64,000 bases of DNA from Eledone cirrhosa (taxonomy: Eukaryota): the NCBI GenBank assembly GCA_964016885.1, contig OZ024741.1, forward strand, positions 256,990,001 through 257,054,000. The letters run 5' to 3'. This document shows, in pieces, positions 10,976 through 24,000 of the stretch. Each line of letters begins with the position of its first letter. Position 1 is the first letter of the stretch. The notes beneath the pieces were generated by a model. That model did not search any database, had not been told where the DNA came from, and worked only from the letters and a program-made list of their open reading frames with translations. Position numbers and translations under genes: made by a program.

Positions 10976-13454
10976 ACTACGAGTGTTCTGACTTACGAGT
11001 GTTTCGGCTTATGAGTGTTTCGACTTACGAGTGTTTCGGTTTATGAGTGTTTCGACTTACGAGTGTTTCGGCTTACGAGTGTTTCGACTTACGAATGTTT
11101 CGACTTACGGGTGTTTCGACTTACGAGTGTTTCGTCTACGAGTGTTTCGACTTACGAGTGTTTCGGCTTACGAGTGTTTCGACATACGGGTGTTTCGACT
11201 TACGGTGTTTCGGCTTACGAGTGTTTCGACTTACGAGTGTTTTGACTTACGAGTGTTCTGACTTACGAGTGTTCCGACTTACGAGTGTTCCGACTTACGA
11301 GTGTTTCGGCTTACGAGTGTTTCGGCTTACGAGTGTTTCGGCTTACGAGTGTTTTGACTTACGAGTGTTCTGACTACGAGTGTTCTGACTTACGGGTGTT
11401 CTGACTTACGGTGTTCCGACTTACGAGTGTTTCGGCTAATGAGTGTTTCGACTTACGGGCGTTTCGACTTACGGGTGTTTCGAATTACGAGTGTTTTGAC
11501 TTACGAGTGTTCTGACTTACGAGTGTTTTGACTTACGAGTGTTCCGACTTACGAGTGTTTCGGCTTACGGGTGTTTCGACGTACGAGTATTTTTGGCTTA
11601 CGAGTGTTTCGAGTTACGAGTGTTTTGAATTACGATTGTTTCGGCTTACGAGTGTTTCGACTTACGAGTATTTCGACTTACGAGTTTTTTTACTTACGGT
11701 GTTTCGGCTTACGAGTGTTTCGACTTACGAGTGTTTCGACTTACGGGTGTTTTGACATACGAGTGTTTCGATATGAGTGCTCTGACTTACGAGTGTTCTG
11801 ACTTACGAGTGTTCTGACTTACGGGTGTTCTGACTTACGTGTGTTCCGACTTACGAGTGTTTCAGCTATGGGTGTTTCGATTTACGAGTGTTTCGACTTA
11901 CGAATGTTTTGGCTTACGAGTGTTTCGGCTTATGGGTGTTTCGACTTACGAGTGTTTCGACTTACGAGTGTTTTGACTTACGGTGTTTCGGCTTACAAGT
12001 TATTCGACATACGAGTGTTTCGACTTACGGGTGTTTCGACTTACGGGTGTTTCGACTTACGAGTGTTTCGACTTACGAGTGTTCTGACTTACGAGTGTTC
12101 TGACTTACGAGTGTTCTGACTTACGAGTGTTCCGACTTACGAGTGTTCCGACTTACGAGTGTTTTGACTTACGAGTGTTCTGACTTACGAGTGTTCTGAC
12201 TTACGAGTGTTCCGACTTACGAGTGTTCCGACTTACGAGTGTTTCGGCTTACGAGTGTTTCGGCTTACTAATGTTTTTACTTACGAGTGTTTCGGTGTAC
12301 GAGTGTTTCGACTTAAGGATGTTTCGACTTACGAGTGTTTCGACTTACGAGTGTTTCGACTTACGAGTGTTTTGGCTTACGAATGTTTTTACTTACGGGT
12401 GTTTCGACTTACGGGTGTTTCGGCTTACGAGTGTTTCGACTTACGAGTGTTTTGACTTACGAGTGTTCTGACTTACGAGTGTTCCGACTTACGAGTGTTC
12501 CGACTTACGAGTGTTTCGGCTTACGAGTGTTTCGGCTTACGAGTGTTTCGGCTTACGAGTGTTTTGACTTACGAGTGTTCTGACTACGAGTGTTCTGACT
12601 TACGGGTGTTCTGACTTACGAGTGTTCCGACTTACGAGTGTTTCGGCTAATGAGTGTTTCGACTTACGGGCGTTTCGACTTACGGGTGTTTCGACTTACG
12701 AGTGTTTTGACTTATGAGTGTTCAGACTTACGAGTGTTCTGACTTACGAGTGTTCCGACTTACGACTGTTTCGACTTACGAGTGTTTTGACTTACGAGTG
12801 TTCCGACTTACGATTGTTTCGGCTTACGGGTGTTTCGACGTACGAGTATTTTTGGCTTACGAGTGTTTCGACTTACGAGTGTTTTGAATTACGATTGTTT
12901 CGGCTTACGAGTGTTTCGACTTACGAGTATTTCGACGTACGAGTTTTTTTTCCTTACGGTGTTTCGGCTTACGAGTGTTTCGACTTATGAGTGTTTCGAC
13001 TTACGAGTGTTCTGACTTACGAGTGTTCTGACTTGCGAGTGTTCCGACTTACGAGTGTTTCGGTTTACGAGTGTTTCGACATACGAGTGTTTTGACTTAC
13101 GGATGTTTCGACTTACGGGTGTTTCGACTTACGAGTGTTTCGACTTACGAGTGTTCTGACTACGAGTGTTCTGACTTACGGGTGTTTCGACTTACGAGTG
13201 TTCCGACCTACGAGGGTTTCAGCTTACGGGTGTTCCGGCTTATGAGTATTTTCGGCTTACGTGTGTTTCGACTTACGAGTGTTTTGACTTACGATTGTTT
13301 CGGCTTACGAGTGTTTCGACTTACGAGTGTTTCTACTTACGAGTGTTTTGACTTACGATTGTTTCGGCTTACGAGTGTTTCGACTTACGAGTGTTCTGAC
13401 TTACGAGTGTTCTGACTTACGAGTGTTCTGACTTACGAGTGTTTCGACTTACGA

Positions 13455-13523
13455 AAATAACAAATAGACGCGGTTTCAAATCTGTATGCTTTTCAAGTTC
13501 ATTACATTAATCTTTATTTATAC
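13455..13523. repeat. AT-rich island, subtype C
   Basis: As subtype B but with AATCTGTATG. Confidence 0.97.
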
Positions 13524-15449
13524 GTTTCGCTTTACGAATGTTTCGACTTACGAGTGTTTCGACTTACGAGTGTTTCGACTTACGGGTGTTTCGACTTACG
13601 AGTGTTTCGACATACGAGTGTTCTGACTACGAGTGTTCTGACTTACGGGTGCTCTGACTTACGAGTGTTTCGACTTACGAGTGTTTCGACTTACGAGTGT
13701 TTCGACTTACGAGTGTTTCGGCTTACGAGTGTTTCGACTTACTAATGTTTTTACTTACGAGTGTTTCGGTGTACGAGTGTTTCGACTTAAGGATGTTTCG
13801 ACTTACGAGTGTTTCGACTTACGAGTGTTTTGGCTTACGTGAGTTTCGACTTAAGAGTGTTCTGATTTACGAGTGTTCTGACTTGCGGGTGTTCTGATTT
13901 ACGAGTGTTCCGACTTACGAGTGTTTCGGCTTATGAGTGTTTCGACTTACGAGTGTTTCGGCTTACGAGTGTTTCGACTTATGGGCGTTTCGACTTACGA
14001 GTGTTTTTACTTACGGTGTTTCGGCTTACGAGTGCTTCGACATACGAGTGTTTTGACTTACGTGTGTTTCGACTTACGAGTGTTTTGACTTACGAATGTT
14101 TTGACTTACGAGTGTTTCGGCGTACGAGAGTTTTGACTTACGAGTGTTTCTACTTACGAGTGTTTCGACTTACGAGTGTATTGACTTACGAATGTTTTGA
14201 CTTACGGGTGTTTCGGCTTACGAGTGTTTCGACTTACGAGTCTTTCGGCTTACGAGTGTTTCGACTTACTAATGTTTTTACTTACGAGTGTTTCGGCGTA
14301 CGAGTGTTTCGACTTACGAGTGTTTCGGCTTACGAGTGTTTCGACTTACTAATGTTTTTACTTACGAGTGTTTCGGCGTACGAGTGTTTCGACTTACGAG
14401 TGTTTTTACTTAAGGGTGTTTCGACTTACGTGTATTTTTGGCTTACGAGTGTTTCGACTTACGAGTGTTTTGACTTACGAGTGTTCTGATTTACGGATGT
14501 TTCGACATACGAGTGTTTTGACTTACGATGTTTCGACTTACGAGTGTTTCGACTTACGAGTGTTTCGACTTACGGGTGTTTCGACTTACGAGTGTTTCAA
14601 CTTACGAGTGTTTCGACTTACGAATGTTTCGACTTACGGGTGTTTCGGCTTACGAGTGTTTCGACTTACGAGTGTTCTGACTTACGAGTGTTCTGACTTA
14701 CGAGTGTTCCGGCTTACGAGTTTTTCGACTTACGAGTGTTTCGACTTACGAGTGTTTCGACTTACGAGTGTTTCGGCTTACGAGTGGTTTGACTTACGAG
14801 TGTTCTTACTACGAGTGTTCTGACTTACGAATGTTTCGGCTTATGAGTGTTTCGACTTACGAGTGTTTCGGTTTATGAGTGTTTCGACTTACGAGTGTTT
14901 CGGCTTACGAGTGTTTGGACTTACCAGTGTTTCGACTTACGGGTGTTTCGACTTACGAGTGTTTCGTCTACGAGTGTTTCGGCTTACGAGTGTTTCGACA
15001 TACGGGTGTTTCGACTTACGGTGTTTCGGCTTACGAGTGTTTCGACTTACGAGTGTTCTGACTTACGAGTGTTCTGACTTATGAGTGTTCTGACTTACGA
15101 GTGTTCCGACTTACGAGTGTTTCGGCTTACGAGTGTTTCGACTTACGAGTGTTTCGACTTACGAGTGTTTCGACTTATGAGTGTTTTGACTTACGGTGTT
15201 TCGGCTTACGAGTGTTTCGACTTACGAGTGTTTTGACTTACTGGTGTTTTGACATACGAGTGTTTCGATACGAGTGTTTCGACTTACGAGTGTTCTGACT
15301 TACGAGTGTTCTGACTTACGAGTGTTCTGACTTACGAGTGTTCTAACTTACGAGTGTTCTGACTTACGAGTGTTCTGACTTACGAGTGTTCCGACTTACG
15401 AGTGTTTCGGCTCACGAGTGTTTCGGCTTACGAGTGTTTCGACTTACGA

Positions 15450-15518
15450 AAATAACAAATAGACGCGGTTTCAAATCCCTATGCTTTTCAAATTCAGTAC
15501 ATTAATCTTTATTCATAC
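15450..15518. repeat. AT-rich island, subtype A
   Basis: Same sequence as the 961 copy. Confidence 0.97.
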
Positions 15519-17862
15519 GTTTCGCTTTACGAGTGTTTCGACTTACGAGTGTTTCGACTTACGAGTGTTTCGGCTTACGAGTGTTTTGACTTACGAGTGT
15601 TTTGACTTACATGTGTTTCGACTTACGCGTGTTTCGACTTACGAGTGTTTCGACTTGCGAGTGTTTCGACTACGAGTGTTTCGACTTACGAATGTTTTGA
15701 CTTACGGATGTTTTGACTTACGGGTGTTTCGGCTTACGAGTGTTTCGACTTACGAGTGTTCTGACTTACGAGTGTTCTGACTTACGAGTGTTCTGACTTA
15801 CGAGTGTTCCGACTTACGAGTGTTTCGACTTAAGAGTGTTTCGGATTACGAGTGCTTCGACTTACGAGTGTTTCGGCTTACGAGTGTTTCGACTTACTAA
15901 TGTTTTTACTTACGAGTGTTTCGGCGTACGAGTGTTTCCACTTACGAGTGTTTCGACTTACGGGTGTTTTGACTTACGGGTGTTTCGGCTTACGAGTGTT
16001 TCGACTTACGAGTGTTTTGACTTAAGGGTGTTTCGACTTACGAGTATTTTTGGCTTACGAGTGTTTCGACTTACGAGTGTTTTGACTTACGAGTGTTCTA
16101 ATTTACAGATGTTTCGACATACGAGTGTTTTGACTTACGAGTGTTTCGACTTATGAGTGTTTCGACTTACGAGTGTTTCGGCTTACGAGTGGTTTGACTT
16201 ACGAGTGTTCTGACTACGAGTGTTTTGACTTACGAGTGTTTCGGCTTATGAGTGTTTCGACTTACGAGTGTTTCGGTTTACGAGTGTTTCGACTTACGAG
16301 TGTTTCGACTTACGAGTGTTTCGACTTACGAGTGATTCGACCACGAGTGTTTCGACTTACGAGTGTTTCGGCTTACGAGTGTTTCGACATACGGGTGTTT
16401 CGACTTACGATGTTTCGGCTTACGAGTGTTTCGACTTACGAGTGTTCTGACTTACGGGTGTTTCGACTTACTGGTGTTTCGACTTAAGAGTGTTTCGACT
16501 TACGAGCGCTTCGACTTACGAGTGTTCTGACTTACGAGTGTTCCGACTTACGAGTGTTTCGGCTTACGAGTGTTTCGGCTTACTAATGTTTTTACTTACG
16601 AGTGTTTCGGTGTACGAGTGTTTCGACTTAAGGATGTTTCGACTTACGAGTGTTTCGACTTACGAGTGTTTCGACTTACGAGTGTTTCGACTTACGAGTG
16701 TTTCGACTTACGAGTTTTTTGGCTTACGAAGGTTTTGACTTACGGGTGTTTCGACTTACGGGTGTTTCGGCTTACGAGTGTTTCGACTTACGAGTGTTTT
16801 GACTTACGAGTGTTCTGACTTACGAGTGTTCCGACTTACGAGTGTTCCGACTTACGAGTGTTTCGGCTTAAGAGTGTTTCGGCTTACGAATGTTTCGGCT
16901 TACGAGTGTTTTGACTTACGAGTGTTCTGACTACGAGTGTTCTGACTTACGGGTGTTCTGACTTACGAGTGTTCCGACTTACGAGAGTTTCGGCTAATGA
17001 GTGTTTCGACTTACGGGCGTTTCGACTTACGGGTGTTTCGACTTACGAGTGTTTTGACTTACGAGTGTTCTGACTTACGAGTGTTCTGACTTACGAGTGT
17101 TCCGACTTACGACTGTTTCGACTTACGAGTGTTTTGACTTACGAGTGTTCCGACTTACGATTGTTTCGGCTTACGGGTGTTTCGACGTACGAGTATTTTT
17201 GGCTTACGAGTGTTTCGACTTACGAGTGTTTTGAATTACGATTGTTTCGGCTTACGAGTGTTTCGACTTACGAGTATTTCGACTTACGAGTTTTTTTACT
17301 TACGGTGTTTCGGCTTACGAGTGTTTCGACTTATGAGTGTTTCGACTTACGAGTGTTCTGACTTACGAGTGTTCTGACTTGCGAGTGTTCCGACTTACGA
17401 GTGTTTCGGCTTACGAGTGTTTCGACATACGAGTGTTTTGACTTACGGATGTTTCGACTTACGGGTGTTTCGACTTACGAGTGTTTCGACTTACGAGTGT
17501 TCTGACTGCGAGTGTTCTGACTTACGGGTGTTTCGACTTACGTGTGTTTCGACTTACGAGTGTTCCGACCTACGAGGTTTTCAGCTTACGGGTGTTCCGG
17601 CTTATGAGTATTTTCGGCTTACGTGTGTTTCGACTTACGAGTGTTTTGACTTACGATTGTTTCGGCTTACGAGTGTTTCGACTTACGAGTGTTTCGACTT
17701 ACGAGTGTTTTGACTTACGGGTGTTTTGACATACGAGTGTTTCGACACGAGTGTTCTGACTTAAGAGTGTTCTGACTTACGAGTGTTCTGACTTACGAGT
17801 GTTCTGACTTACGAGTGTTCTGACTTACGAGTGTTCTGACTTACGAGTGTTTCGACTTACGA

Positions 17863-17931
17863 AAATAACAAATAGACGCGGTTTCAAATCTCTATGCTTT
17901 TCAAGTTCATTACATTAATCTTTATTTATAC
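17863..17931. repeat. AT-rich island, subtype B
   Basis: Same sequence as the 3374 copy. Confidence 0.97.
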
Positions 17932-20900
17932 GTTTCGCTTTACGAATGTTTCGACTTACGAGTGTTTCGACTTACGAGTGTTTCCACTTACGAGTGTTCT
18001 GACTTACGAGTGTTCTGACTTACGAGTGTTCCGACTTACGAGTGTTTCGACTTACGAGTGTTTTGGCTTACGAGTGTTTTGACTTAATGGTGTTTCGACT
18101 TACGAGTGTTTCGATACGAGTGTTTCGACTTACGAGTGTTTCGGCTTACGAGTGTTTCGACTTACGAGTGTTTCGACTTACGAGTGTTCTGATTTACGGA
18201 TGTTTCGACATACGAGTGTTTCGACTTACGATTGTTTCGACTTACGAGTGTTTTGACATACGGGTGTTTTGACATACGAGTGTTTCGATACGAGTGTTTC
18301 GACTTACGAGTGTTCTGACTTACGAGTGTTCTGACTTACGAGTGTTCTGACTTACGAGTGTTCCGACTTACGAGTGTTCCGACTTACGAGTGTTCTGACT
18401 TACGAGTGTTCTGACTTACGAGTGTTCCGGCTTACGAGTTTTCGACTTACGAGTGTTTCGACTTACGAGTGTTTCGGCTTACAAGTGTTTCGGCTTACGA
18501 GTGGTTTGACTTACGAGTGTTCTGACTACGAGTGTTCTGTCTTACGAGTGTTTCGACTTACGAGTGTTTCGGCTTATGAGTGTTTCGACTTACGAGTGTT
18601 TCGGCTTACGAGTGTTTCGACTTACGAGTGTTTCGACTTACGGGTGTTTCGACTTACGAGTGTTTCGACTACGAATGTTTCGACTTACGAGTGTTTCGGC
18701 TTACGAGTGTTTCGACTTATGGGTGTTTCGACTTACGAGTGTTTTTACTTACGGTGTTTCGGCTTACGAGTGTTTCGACATACGAGTGTTTTGACTTACG
18801 GGTGTTTCGACTTACGAGTGTTTCAACTTACGAATGTTTTGACTTACGGGTGTTTCGGCTTACGAGTGTTTCGATTTATGAGTGTTTCGGCTTACGAGTG
18901 TTTCGACTTACTAATGTTTTTACTTACGAGTGTTTCGGCGTACGAGAGTTTTGACTTACGAGTGTTTCTACTTACGAGTGTTTCGACTTACGAGTGTTTT
19001 GACTTACGAATGTTTTGACTTACGGGTGTTTCGGCTTACGAGTGTTTCGACTTACGAGTCTTTCGGCTTACGAGTGTTTCTACTTACTAATGTTTTTACT
19101 TACGAGTGTTTCGGCGTACGAGTGTTTCGACTTACGAGTGTTTCGACTTACGGGTGTTTTGACTTACGGGTGTTTCGGCTTACGAGTGTTTCGACTTACG
19201 AGTGTTTTGACTTAAGGGTGTTTCGACTTACGAGTATTTTTGGCTTACGAAGGTTTTGACTTACGGGTGTTTCGACTTACGGGTGTTTCGGCTTACGAGT
19301 GTTTCGACTTACGAGTGTTTTGACTTACGAGTGTTTCGGCTTATGAGTGTTTCGACTTACGAGTGTTTCGGTTTACGAGTGTTTCGACTTACGAGTGTTT
19401 CGACTTACGAGTGTTTCGACTTACGAGTGATTCGACCACGAGTGTTTCGACTTACGAGTGTTTCGGCTTACGAGTGTTTCGACATACGGGTGTTTCGACT
19501 TACGATGTTTCGGCTTACGAGTGTTTCGACTTACGAGTGTTCTGACTTACGGGTGTTTCGACTTACTGGTGTTTCGACTTAAGAGTGTTTCGACTTACGA
19601 GCGCTTCGACTTACGAGTGTTCTGACTTACGAGTGTTCCGACTTACGAGTGTTTCGGCTTACGAGTGTTTCGGCTTACTAATGTTTTTACTTACGAGTGT
19701 TTCGGTGTACGAGTGTTTCGACTTAAGGATGTTTCGACTTACGAGTGTTTCGACTTACGAGTGTTTCGACTTACGAGTGTTTCGACTTACGAGTGTTTCG
19801 ACTTACGAGTTTTTTGGCTTACGAAGGTTTTGACTTACGGGTGTTTCGACTTACGGGTGTTTCGGCTTACGAGTGTTTCGACTTACGAGTGTTTTGACTT
19901 ACGAGTGTTCTGACTTACGAGTGTTCCGACTTACGAGTGTTCCGACTTACGAGTGTTTCGGCTTAAGAGTGTTTCGGCTTACGAATGTTTCGGCTTACGA
20001 GTGTTTTGACTTACGAGTGTTCTGACTACGAGTGTTCTGACTTACGGGTGTTCTGACTTACGAGTGTTCCGACTTACGAGAGTTTCGGCTAATGAGTGTT
20101 TCGACTTACGGGCGTTTCGACTTACGGGTGTTTCGACTTACGAGTGTTTTGACTTACGAGTGTTCTGACTTACGAGTGTTCTGACTTACGAGTGTTCCGA
20201 CTTACGACTGTTTCGACTTACGAGTGTTTTGACTTACGAGTGTTCCGACTTACGATTGTTTCGGCTTACGGGTGTTTCGACGTACGAGTATTTTTGGCTT
20301 ACGAGTGTTTCGACTTACGAGTGTTTTGAATTACGATTGTTTCGGCTTACGAGTGTTTCGACTTACGAGTATTTCGACTTACGAGTTTTTTTACTTACGG
20401 TGTTTCGGCTTACGAGTGTTTCGACTTATGAGTGTTTCGACTTACGAGTGTTCTGACTTACGAGTGTTCTGACTTGCGAGTGTTCCGACTTACGAGTGTT
20501 TCGGCTTACGAGTGTTTCGACATACGAGTGTTTTGACTTACGGATGTTTCGACTTACGGGTGTTTCGACTTACGAGTGTTTCGACTTACGAGTGTTCTGA
20601 CTGCGAGTGTTCTGACTTACGGGTGTTTCGACTTACGTGTGTTTCGACTTACGAGTGTTCCGACCTACGAGGTTTTCAGCTTACGGGTGTTCCGGCTTAT
20701 GAGTATTTTCGGCTTACTCGTGTTTCGACTTACGAGTGTTTTGACTTACGATTGTTTCGGCTTACGAGTGTTTCGACTTACGAGTGTTTCGACTTACGAG
20801 TGTTTTGACTTACGGGTGTTTTGACATACGAGTGTTTCGACACGAGTGTTCTGACTTAAGAGTGTTCTGACTTACGAGTGTTCTGACTTACGAGTGTTCT

Positions 20901-20957
20901 GACTTACGAGTGTTCTGACTTACGAGTGTTCTGAATTACGAGTGTTTCGACTTACGA

Positions 20958-21026
20958 AAATAACAAATAGACGCGGTTTCAAATCTCTATGCTTTTCAAG
21001 TTCATTACATTAATCTTTATTTATAC
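20958..21026. repeat. AT-rich island, subtype B
   Basis: Same sequence as the 3374 copy. Confidence 0.97.
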
Positions 21027-24000
21027 GTTTCGCTTTACGAATGTTTCGACTTACGAGTGTTTCGACTTACGAGTGTTTCCACTTACGAGTGTTCTGACTT
21101 ACGAGTGTTCTGACTTACGAGTGTTCCGACTTACGAGTGTTTCGACTTACGAGTGTTTTGGCTTACGAGTGTTTTGACTTAAGGGTGTTTCGACTTACGA
21201 GTGTTTCGATACGAGTGTTTCGACTTACGAGTGTTTCGGCTTACGAGTGTTTCGACTTACGAGTGTTTCGACTTACGAGTGTTCTGATTTACGGATGTTT
21301 CGACATACGAGTGTTTCGACTTACGATTGTTTCGACTTACGAGTGTTTTGACATACGGGTGTTTTGACATACGAGTGTTTCGATACGAGTGTTTCGACTT
21401 ACGAGTGTTCTGACTTACGAGTGTTCTGACTTACGAGTGTTCTGACTTACGAGTGTTCTGACTTACGAGTGTTCCGACTTACGAGTGTTCCGACTTACGA
21501 GTGTTCTGACATACGAGTGTTCTGACTTACGAGTGTTCCGGCTTACGAGTTTTCGACTTACGAGTGTTTCGACTTACGAGTGTTTCGGCTTACAAGTGTT
21601 TCGGCTTACGAGTGGTTTGACTTACGAGTGTTCTGACTACGAGTGTTCTGTCTTACGAGTGTTTCGACTTACGAGTGTTTCGGCTTATGAGTGTTTCGAC
21701 TTACGAGTGTTTCGGCTTACGAGTGTTTCGACTTACGAGTGTTTCGACTTACGGGTGTTTCGACTTACGAGTGTTTCGACTACGAATGTTTCGACTTACG
21801 AGTGTTTCGGCTTACGAGTGTTTCGACTTATGGGTGTTTCGACTTACGAGTGTTTTTACTTACGGTGTTTCGGCTTACGAGTGTTTCGACATACGAGTGT
21901 TTTGACTTACGGGTGTTTCGACTTACGAGTGTTTCAACTTACGAATGTTTTGACTTACGGGTGTTTCGGCTTACGAGTGTTTCGATTTATGAGTGTTTCG
22001 GCTTACGAGTGTTTCGACTTACTAATGTTTTTACTTACGAGTGTTTCGGCGTACGAGAGTTTTGACTTACGAGTGTTTCTACTTACGAGTGTTTCGACTT
22101 ACGAGTGTTTTGACTTACGAATGTTTTGACTTACGGGTGTTTCGGCTTACGAGTGTTTCGACTTACGAGTCTTTCGGCTTACGAGTGTTTCTACTTACTA
22201 ATGTTTTTACTTACGAGTGTTTCGGCGTACGAGTGTTTCGACTTACGAGTGTTTCGACTTACGGGTGTTTTGACTTACGGGTGTTTCGGCTTACGAGTGT
22301 TTCGACTTACGAGTGTTTTGACTTAAGGGTGTTTCGACTTACGAGTATTTTTGACTTACGAGTGTTTCGACTTACGAGTGTTTTGACTTACGAGTGTTCT
22401 AATTTACGGATGTTTCGACATACGAGTGTTTTGACTTACGAGTGTTTCGACTTATGAGTGTTTCGACTTACGAGTGTTTCGGCTTACGAGTGGTTTGACT
22501 TACGAGTGTTCTGACTACGAGTGTTTTGACTTACGAGTTTTTCGGCTTATGAGTGTTTCGACTTACGAGTGTTTCGGCTTATGAGTGTTTCGACTTACGT
22601 GTGTTTCGGTTTACGAGTGTTTCGACTTACGAGTGTTTCGACTTACGGGTGTTTCGACTTACGAGTGTTTCGACTACGAGTGTTTCGACTTACGAGTGTT
22701 TCGGCTTATGAGTGTTTCGACATACGGGTGTTTCGACTTACGATGTTTCGGCTTACGAGTGTTTCGACTTACGAGTATTCTGACTTACGGGTGTTTCGAC
22801 TTACGGGTGTTTCGACTTAAGAGTGTTTCGACTTACGAGCGCTTCGACTTACGAGTGTTCTGACTTACGAGTGTTCCGACTTACGAGTGTTTCGGCTTAC
22901 GAGTGTTTCGACTTACGAGTGTTCCGGCTTACGCGTGTTTCGACTTACGAGTGTTTCGGCTTATGAGTGTTTCGACTTACGAGTGCTTCGGCTTACGAGT
23001 GTTTCGACTTACGAGTGTTTCGGCTTACGAGAGTTTCGACTTACGAATGTTTTGGCTTACGAGTGTTTCGGCTTACGAGTGTTTCGACTTACGGGTGTTT
23101 CGACTTACGGGTGTTCCGACTTAAGAGTGATTCGACTTACGAGCGCTTCGACTTACGAGTGTTCCGACTTACGAGTGTTTCTGCTTACGAGTGTTTCGAC
23201 TTACGAGTGTTTCGGCTTACAAGTGTTTCGGCTTACGAGTGGTTTGACTTACGAGTGTTCTGACTACGAGTGTTTCGACTTACGAGTGTTCCGGCTTACG
23301 CGTGTTTCGACTTACGAGTGTTTCGGCTTATGAGTGTTTCGACTCACGAGTGTTTCGGCTTACGAGTGTTTCGACTTACGAGTGTTTCGACTTACGGGTG
23401 TTTCGACTTACGAGTGTTTCGACTACGAATGTTTCGACTTACGAGTGTTTCGGCTTACGAGTGTTTCGACTTATGGGTGTTTCGACTTACGAGTGTTTTT
23501 ACTTACGGTGTTTCGGCTTCCGAGTGTTTCGACATACGAGTGTTTTGACTTACGGGTGTTTCGACTTACGAATGTTTTGACTTACGGGTGTTTCGGCTTA
23601 CGATTGTTTCGATTTATGAGTGTTTCGGCTTACGAGTGTTTCGACTTACTAATGTTTTTACTTACGAGTGTTTCGGCGTACGAGAGTTTTGACTTACGAG
23701 TGTTTCTACTTACGAGTGTTTCGACTTACGAGTGTTTTGACTTACGAATGTTTTGACTTACGGGTGTTTCGGCTTACGAGTGTTTCGACTTTCGAGTCTT
23801 TCGGCTTACGAGTGTTTCGACTTACTAATGTTTTTACTTACGAGTGTTTCGGCGTACGAGTGTTTCGACTTACGAGTGTTTCGACTTACGGGTGTTTTGA
23901 CTTACGGGTGTTTCGGCTTACGAGTGTTTCGACTTACGAGTGTTTTGACTTAAGGGTGTTTCGACTTACGAGTATTTTTGGCTTACGAGTGTTTCGACTT

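Larger units (their letters stand above)
961..15449 (+). repeat. HOR unit 1, 14,489 bp (island order A-B-B-C)
   Basis: Islands and variant-dependent ORFs recur at exactly +14,489 (992->15481, 3405->17894, 13905->28394). Position 1 matches position 14490. Confidence 0.97.
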
